Shown here: piece after piece, positions 28,200-32,764 of the stretch | Numbering within the stretch: position 1 is the first letter of the stretch | Layout: each line of letters opens with the position of its first letter | NCBI GenBank assembly: GCA_037969075.1 | Contig: JBBKWS010000192.1 | Location: 1 to 32,764 of the forward strand | Source of the DNA: Bdellovibrionales bacterium | GTDB lineage: Bacteria; Bdellovibrionota; Bdellovibrionia; Bdellovibrionales; UBA840 | DNA: 32,764 bases | Direction: 5' to 3' | Position numbers and translations under genes: made by a program | Notes under the pieces: generated by a model | The model's input: the letters and a program-made list of their open reading frames with translations, nothing else | Told to the model about the DNA's origin: nothing | The model's database searches: none

Positions 28200-29992
28200 T
28201 ATTTTTTCCTTTTATTCGGGTCCAAAAATACACAGCGCATGCGTATGTTAGCAGGAGTTACTTCTATCAACTCATGATCCGAAATCCACTCCATAGCATA
28301 TTCTAAGGTTAGTGGCTTAATAGGCGCAAGAAATACTTTTTCGTCCGTACCTGAAGCTCTAACGTTGGTTAATTTTTTCTCTCTGATGGCATTTACAATC
28401 AGATCGTTTTCTTTAGCATTTTCACCAACAACCATACCCTCATATACTTCTGTTTGTGTGGTAACAAACAATCTTCCACGCTCTTGTAAAGGCCCTAATG
28501 CGTAAGTAGTAGTTGAACCTTTTCTGTCAGAGATCAACGTACCAGTGCGACGGTGCATGATGTCTCCTGTATGAGGAGACCAGCCATTTAGTTCTGCGCT
28601 GATTAAACCCGTACCACGTGTGTCTGTTAAAAACTCAGAGCGGTAACCAATCAATCCGCGAGATGGGATTAAAAACTTCACACGAACTCTTGATCCAAGG
28701 TTTTGCATATCTTGCATGATACCTTTTCTTGAACCTAATTTTTCAGTTACGACTCCGACGTATTCACTGGGAACATCAATCGTCGCTATCTCCATTGGCT
28801 CTTGTAAAGCTCCGTCTACCATTTTCATTAAAACCTGCGGCTTACTTACTAGTAATTCAAAACCTTCTCGTCGCATTTGTTCGATAATTACGGCTAGCTG
28901 TAATTCGCCTCGCCCCATCACTTTAAATTTTTCTGGCGATTCAGTTGGCGCGATCCTAATAGCAACGTTATGCTTAGTTTCTTTTTCTAAACGCTCCCAA
29001 ATTTTACGGGATGTCACGTGATCACCCTCTAGACCCGCAAACGGACTATCATTTACCGAGAAGATCATCGATACAGTAGGCTCTTCAACGTTTAATCTTG
29101 GTAGTGCCTCTTGGTGAGCTGGGTCACAAACTGTATCACTAATACCAACTTCTTCCATACCTGCGATCACAACGATGTCACCGGCATGTGCTTCTTCGGC
29201 GGCAACTTGCTTCATACCTTCGTAAGTAAACAAGGCTTTTACTTTTCCTTTTTTTACTACGCCGTTATCTTTAAGTACGGCAATATCTTGACCTACTTTA
29301 ATAGATCCCCTTTGGATTCTACCGATAGCTAGTCTTCCTACAAATTCACTGTAACTTAAATTAGAAATGATTAACTGAAGTGGTTTTTCTGGCTCTACTC
29401 TAGGAGCTGGTAATTTTTCGATGATCCAATCAAACAACAATTTAAAATCTGTGCCGGTTTCTTCTGGGTTTAAGACAGTGTAACCATCTCTGGCAACAGC
29501 GTAAAGAGTTTCAAAGTCTGCATCTGAATCATTCTCTGCAAGATCAACGAATAATGAGAAAATTTCGTCCATTACTTCTGGAATACGTTTATCGGGACGA
29601 TCGATTTTATTTACACAAACAATTACTTTAATACCTTGCTTTAAGGCTTTTGATAATACGAATCTGGTTTGCGGAAGAGGACCCTCTGAAGCATCCACCA
29701 AAAGAATGGCTCCATCCACCATATTTAAAATACGCTCAACTTCTCCACCAAAATCACTATGGCCTGGAGTATCCACGATATTTACTTTTACATCTTTATA
29801 AATGTAAGAAGCATTTTTAGCAGCGATGGTAATACCGCGCTCTCTTTCTTGATCCATGGAATCCATCATTCGCTCTTCAATACGTTCATTTGAGCGAAAT
29901 AATCCACTTTGTTTTAACAAACCATCAACAAGCGTTGTTTTACCATGATCGACGTGAGCTATAATTGCGATATTACGAATTTCTTTAGACAC
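28199..29992 (-). CDS. typA: Translational GTPase TypA/BipA
   Basis: 'NIAIIAHVDHGKTTLVD', 'ERGITI', 'DTPGH.DFGGEVER', NKID, 'GRGELQL', 'RGLIGYRSEFLTDTRG'. Confidence 0.97.
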   Translation of the reverse strand: MSKEIRNIAIIAHVDHGKTTLVDGLLKQSGLFRSNERIEERMMDSMDQERERGITIAAKNASYIYKDVKVNIVDTPGHSDFGGEVERILNMVDGAILLVDASEGPLPQTRFVLSKALKQGIKVIVCVNKIDRPDKRIPEVMDEIFSLFVDLAENDSDADFETLYAVARDGYTVLNPEETGTDFKLLFDWIIEKLPAPRVEPEKPLQLIISNLSYSEFVGRLAIGRIQRGSIKVGQDIAVLKDNGVVKKGKVKALFTYEGMKQVAAEEAHAGDIVVIAGMEEVGISDTVCDPAHQEALPRLNVEEPTVSMIFSVNDSPFAGLEGDHVTSRKIWERLEKETKHNVAIRIAPTESPEKFKVMGRGELQLAVIIEQMRREGFELLVSKPQVLMKMVDGALQEPMEIATIDVPSEYVGVVTEKLGSRKGIMQDMQNLGSRVRVKFLIPSRGLIGYRSEFLTDTRGTGLISAELNGWSPHTGDIMHRRTGTLISDRKGSTTTYALGPLQERGRLFVTTQTEVYEGMVVGENAKENDLIVNAIREKKLTNVRASGTDEKVFLAPIKPLTLEYAMEWISDHELIEVTPANIRMRCVFLDPNKRKK

Positions 29993-30051
29993 AATTCATC
30001 CTTTTTTGTTTGTAGCATACTACCTGATTTCATCCTGTAGTTACAAAGAGT

Positions 30052-31059
30052 TTATCCGTGACCGCCCAATAAAAAGCCATCACCGCTAGTATCCGCCTGA
30101 CTGATTCCTTGCATTGCTGTATAAAAACTTTGTACCTCAACTACGGTTTCCTGCAAAGTCTTTGTTTGAAATAATAGCTTTCTGAAGTTGGCAGAGCCTG
30201 GGTATCCAGACGAAAACCATGCTGCAAATTTTTTCATCTGCAGCTGGGTGAGACGCTCGTCGAAGTGCTTTTCAAGGTAATACTGCAACCTAGAAAGGGC
30301 TAACTTGAAGTCCTTCTCTAATATAGCGCCTGAACCCTGAAATAATGCCAATGATTCACCAAAAATCCATGGGTTCTTTAATGAACCCCTGCCAATCATT
30401 ACCCCATCAGCGCCAGATTCAACTAATCTCTCATTAGCACACGTCGCTGTTAAAATGTCTCCATTACCTATTATAGGGACTTTTGTGTTCTGTTTAACTT
30501 CAGTAATATAGCCCCAATCCGCTAAGCCCGCATAGCCCTGCGCCCGGTCACGACCGTGAATGGCTACCCAAGTGACTCCCTCATTATAAGCTATATTACA
30601 TACTTCGATCGCATTACGAGTAGCCAGTGTCCAACCAGTTCTTATTTTAATAGTCAGAGGAATATCTATGGATTTTTTCACTGTTGATAACATGATCTTT
30701 AAAGCGTCTAAGTCTTTTAATATAGCTGAGCCAGCGCCCTTTTTTACTACCTTATTCACCGGGCAACCAAAGTTGAGGTCGATGAAATCTGCACCCAATT
30801 CTTGGCATTTTTTAGCAGCCCTGCCCACTACTTCTGGCTCTTCTCCAAAGAGTTGAACACCTACTGGCCTTTGCAACTCATCATATTTCATCAAATTTAG
30901 AGTACGATCATTGCCGTATTCTATCCCACTAGCCGATATCAGCTCGGTAATCACAATACTCGCTCCCATTTCTTTCATAAAAGAGCGGTAGGCTGCATCG
31001 GTAATACCTGCCATCGGTGCCAGTACAAATGGGTTTTTCTTTAGTTGCTCTAAAAGCAT
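30052..31059 (-). CDS. dusB: tRNA-dihydrouridine synthase (DusB/NifR3 type)
   Basis: LAPMAG, DLNFGCP, TIKIRTGW, HGR, IGNGDI, GVMIGRG. Confidence 0.9.
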   Translation of the reverse strand: MLLEQLKKNPFVLAPMAGITDAAYRSFMKEMGASIVITELISASGIEYGNDRTLNLMKYDELQRPVGVQLFGEEPEVVGRAAKKCQELGADFIDLNFGCPVNKVVKKGAGSAILKDLDALKIMLSTVKKSIDIPLTIKIRTGWTLATRNAIEVCNIAYNEGVTWVAIHGRDRAQGYAGLADWGYITEVKQNTKVPIIGNGDILTATCANERLVESGADGVMIGRGSLKNPWIFGESLALFQGSGAILEKDFKLALSRLQYYLEKHFDERLTQLQMKKFAAWFSSGYPGSANFRKLLFQTKTLQETVVEVQSFYTAMQGISQADTSGDGFLLGGHG

Positions 31060-31189
31060 GCAAAATATGTATACGTAGGAGAGAAGTGGGTCAACGGCTG
31101 AATCACTAAAAGTAAAATTTCATTTGGTATTATTACCCCAACTTGTCAGAAATCGCAGTATCGTATAATCTTCTTCTTTAGGAGCAAAT

Positions 31190-32017
31190 ATGAACAAGTT
31201 ATTAAGCCTTTGTGCCCTTTTACTTACTGCCTGTACAACGATGCCTGAGCATTGTAACCCCAACAGAGCCTATGGCTTGGGAGGCTTGGATGCAAAAAAA
31301 TGGGATTCGTCAAAAGCTCACCTATCAATGGCTCCAAGATGTGATGGAGAATACAGCGAGACAACCTTTACTGAAGATTATAATATGGCATACACAAGCA
31401 CCCTAAAAAACCAATGTAAAGAATCAAGTATCAAAGAACTTGGGGCCGTTGATGCCGCCGCCCTCGAGCACGCAGCAGTAAATACTTTAAATATAGAATT
31501 ATGTAAAGCTGTGGGCGGAGATGTAAAAAAGCTCTCTCTTATTTATTCCAATAGCTTTCAAAAAAACTTGTGTGACGTAAAAAATGCTGGAACTCGCGGT
31601 GCAGAACACGCAAGGACTATGATAGAAGCCGATGCTTCTTTTTCTAATAAATGTCCCCAGAGCATAAGACCTACATTAAAAACTAAATATATAAGTAGCT
31701 ACAAATCTCAGATTGTAAAAAGCTGTGGGCCCGTAGAATTAACTAAAAAAGCTATTAATGATGTGAAAGAAAGAAAAAAACTGCAAGAAACTGTGGACTC
31801 TATTTCATTTTGCCCAGCTGAAATACAAACAAATGCTGTGCTAGTTTATCAAACTGCGTTTGCCAGAGAAGAAGACCGTATGCACGCCGCCAACGAAAGC
31901 CGCAAACAAGATGAGTTTCGCAGCGAACAGTTACGCTTAACTCGCGAACAAAATCAATTATTAGAAGATACAAAGCGACAACAACAAGAAGCCGCAAGAG
32001 CAAAAGAAAAGCAATAA
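31190..32017 (+). CDS. Cys-containing lipoprotein with tandem DUF2799-like repeats and C-terminal coiled coil
   Basis: Lipobox LTAC; AGGAG RBS; about four ~50 aa units of pattern C..G..(D/H)A..C..Y...(Y/F); charged, Gln-rich tail. Confidence 0.75.
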   Translation: MNKLLSLCALLLTACTTMPEHCNPNRAYGLGGLDAKKWDSSKAHLSMAPRCDGEYSETTFTEDYNMAYTSTLKNQCKESSIKELGAVDAAALEHAAVNTLNIELCKAVGGDVKKLSLIYSNSFQKNLCDVKNAGTRGAEHARTMIEADASFSNKCPQSIRPTLKTKYISSYKSQIVKSCGPVELTKKAINDVKERKKLQETVDSISFCPAEIQTNAVLVYQTAFAREEDRMHAANESRKQDEFRSEQLRLTREQNQLLEDTKRQQQEAARAKEKQ

Positions 32018-32060
32018 CCAAACATCTATTCTATCTAACGTGCAAAATGACACCGTTTTA

Positions 32061-32076
32061 TGGCATTTACTTTGCA
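32061..32076 (+). promoter_or_regulatory. Putative sigma54 -24/-12 promoter
   Basis: TGGCATTTACTTTGCA = TGGC-N7-TTGC, 23 bp before ATG 32100. Confidence 0.7.
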
Positions 32077-32099
32077 TTAATATCTACCTAGGGGGATTT

Positions 32100-32645
32100 A
32101 TGAAAAACTTTATTTTACTATTAACAACACTTCTTAGTTTCAATGCATTGGGTGCCACAAAGAGCCAGGTAAGTATTTTGGGCGATCAATATTTTTTACA
32201 GCAAATGCAGGCCAACAGCCATACATCGCTGTTGCAAAAATCTTTAGATAACTTATGCGATGATAGGCCTAATTCTAAACCTTGCATAGATTATGCCTGC
32301 GACAAAATATATTGTGGCGTTGAGGCAAACGCACTAAAGGTTGCTCGGGCCTGCGCCGGCAATTATGGTGATGAGTGTGTAAAAGCGGGTTGCGACAAAA
32401 TATACTGCGGTGTTGAAGCAAACTTATTAAAAGTCGTAAACAGTTGCAAATACAACTATGGATCAGACTGCATCAAGTACGCTTGTGATAAAATATACTG
32501 CGGTGTTGAAGCAAACCTATTTAACGTGATTAATTCCTGCAAGGGAGCAGATGTTGGTTGCGTAGAGTCTTTGTGCTCAAAAGTATATTGCGGAATTCAA
32601 GAAAAATTGCTTTCTGTGATTAATACTTGCGCTGGTAGGGATTAA
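32100..32645 (+). CDS. Secreted cysteine-rich tandem-repeat protein (181 aa)
   Basis: ATG 32100 with AGGGGG RBS; signal peptide 'MKNFILLLTTLLSFNALG'; four C-x4-C-x4-C-x12-C repeats. Confidence 0.85.
   Translation: MKNFILLLTTLLSFNALGATKSQVSILGDQYFLQQMQANSHTSLLQKSLDNLCDDRPNSKPCIDYACDKIYCGVEANALKVARACAGNYGDECVKAGCDKIYCGVEANLLKVVNSCKYNYGSDCIKYACDKIYCGVEANLFNVINSCKGADVGCVESLCSKVYCGIQEKLLSVINTCAGRD
32283..32642 (+). repeat. Intragenic tandem repeat, four units of about 90-93 bp
   Basis: Units start at 32283, 32376, 32469 and 32559; core TG(C/T)GA(C/T)AAAATATA(C/T)TG(C/T)GG(C/T)GTTGA(A/G)GCAAAC in units 1-3. Confidence 0.92.
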
Positions 32646-32649
32646 AAAA

Positions 32650-32725
<76 letters not shown>

Positions 32726-32764
32726 ACTTAGGAAGATTCTTAAGTAGCCCTCAAACGGGGCTTC

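Noticed and set aside
920..32021. Many short alternative-frame or antisense ORFs in the track (e.g. 920-1129, 2201-2506, 7521-7856, 16714-16947, 23211-23681, 27586-27903, 28716-29021, 31800-32021)
   Set aside because: They shadow well-supported genes and show no RBS or family motifs
32283..32642. Regularly spaced DNA repeats resembling a CRISPR array
   Set aside because: Period is a multiple of 3, differences in the core are synonymous, the intervening segments are homologous, the repeats lie in a signal-peptide ORF and no cas genes are present
32726..32764. Two small hairpins upstream of tRNA-Phe
   Set aside because: Short, imperfect and cut by the window edge; no function can be assigned

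Overview
AT-rich bacterial chromosome segment. Gene content and order suggest a Bdellovibrionota-like (predatory) lineage; this is an inference, not a database result. Housekeeping blocks: small conserved ORF-ftsE-ftsX-envC-ctpA (minus); Rrf2-sufBCDS-nfu (minus); degenerate GDPD-tolQRAB-cyclophilin (plus); SDR epimerase-mtgA (plus); dus, typA, ABC ATPase-like gene, ABC-2 permease (minus); tRNA-Phe(GAA). Between these blocks are orphan secreted or lipoprotein genes: a HEXXH metalloprotease lipoprotein with a partner ORF, a two-gene secreted cassette plus DUF2834, a ~1200 aa secreted protein with an internal hydrophobic helical bundle followed by a 235 aa secreted protein, a DUF2799-like repeat lipoprotein and a 4x Cys-repeat protein. 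Four of these orphan loci have a sigma54-type -24/-12 box upstream, and the protease has a sigma28-like box. Other oddities: envC needs a non-canonical start to gain its signal peptide, the ABC ATPase has lost every catalytic motif, and mtgA overlaps the permease antisense by 161 bp. No CRISPR array, IS element, integrase or rRNA was seen.
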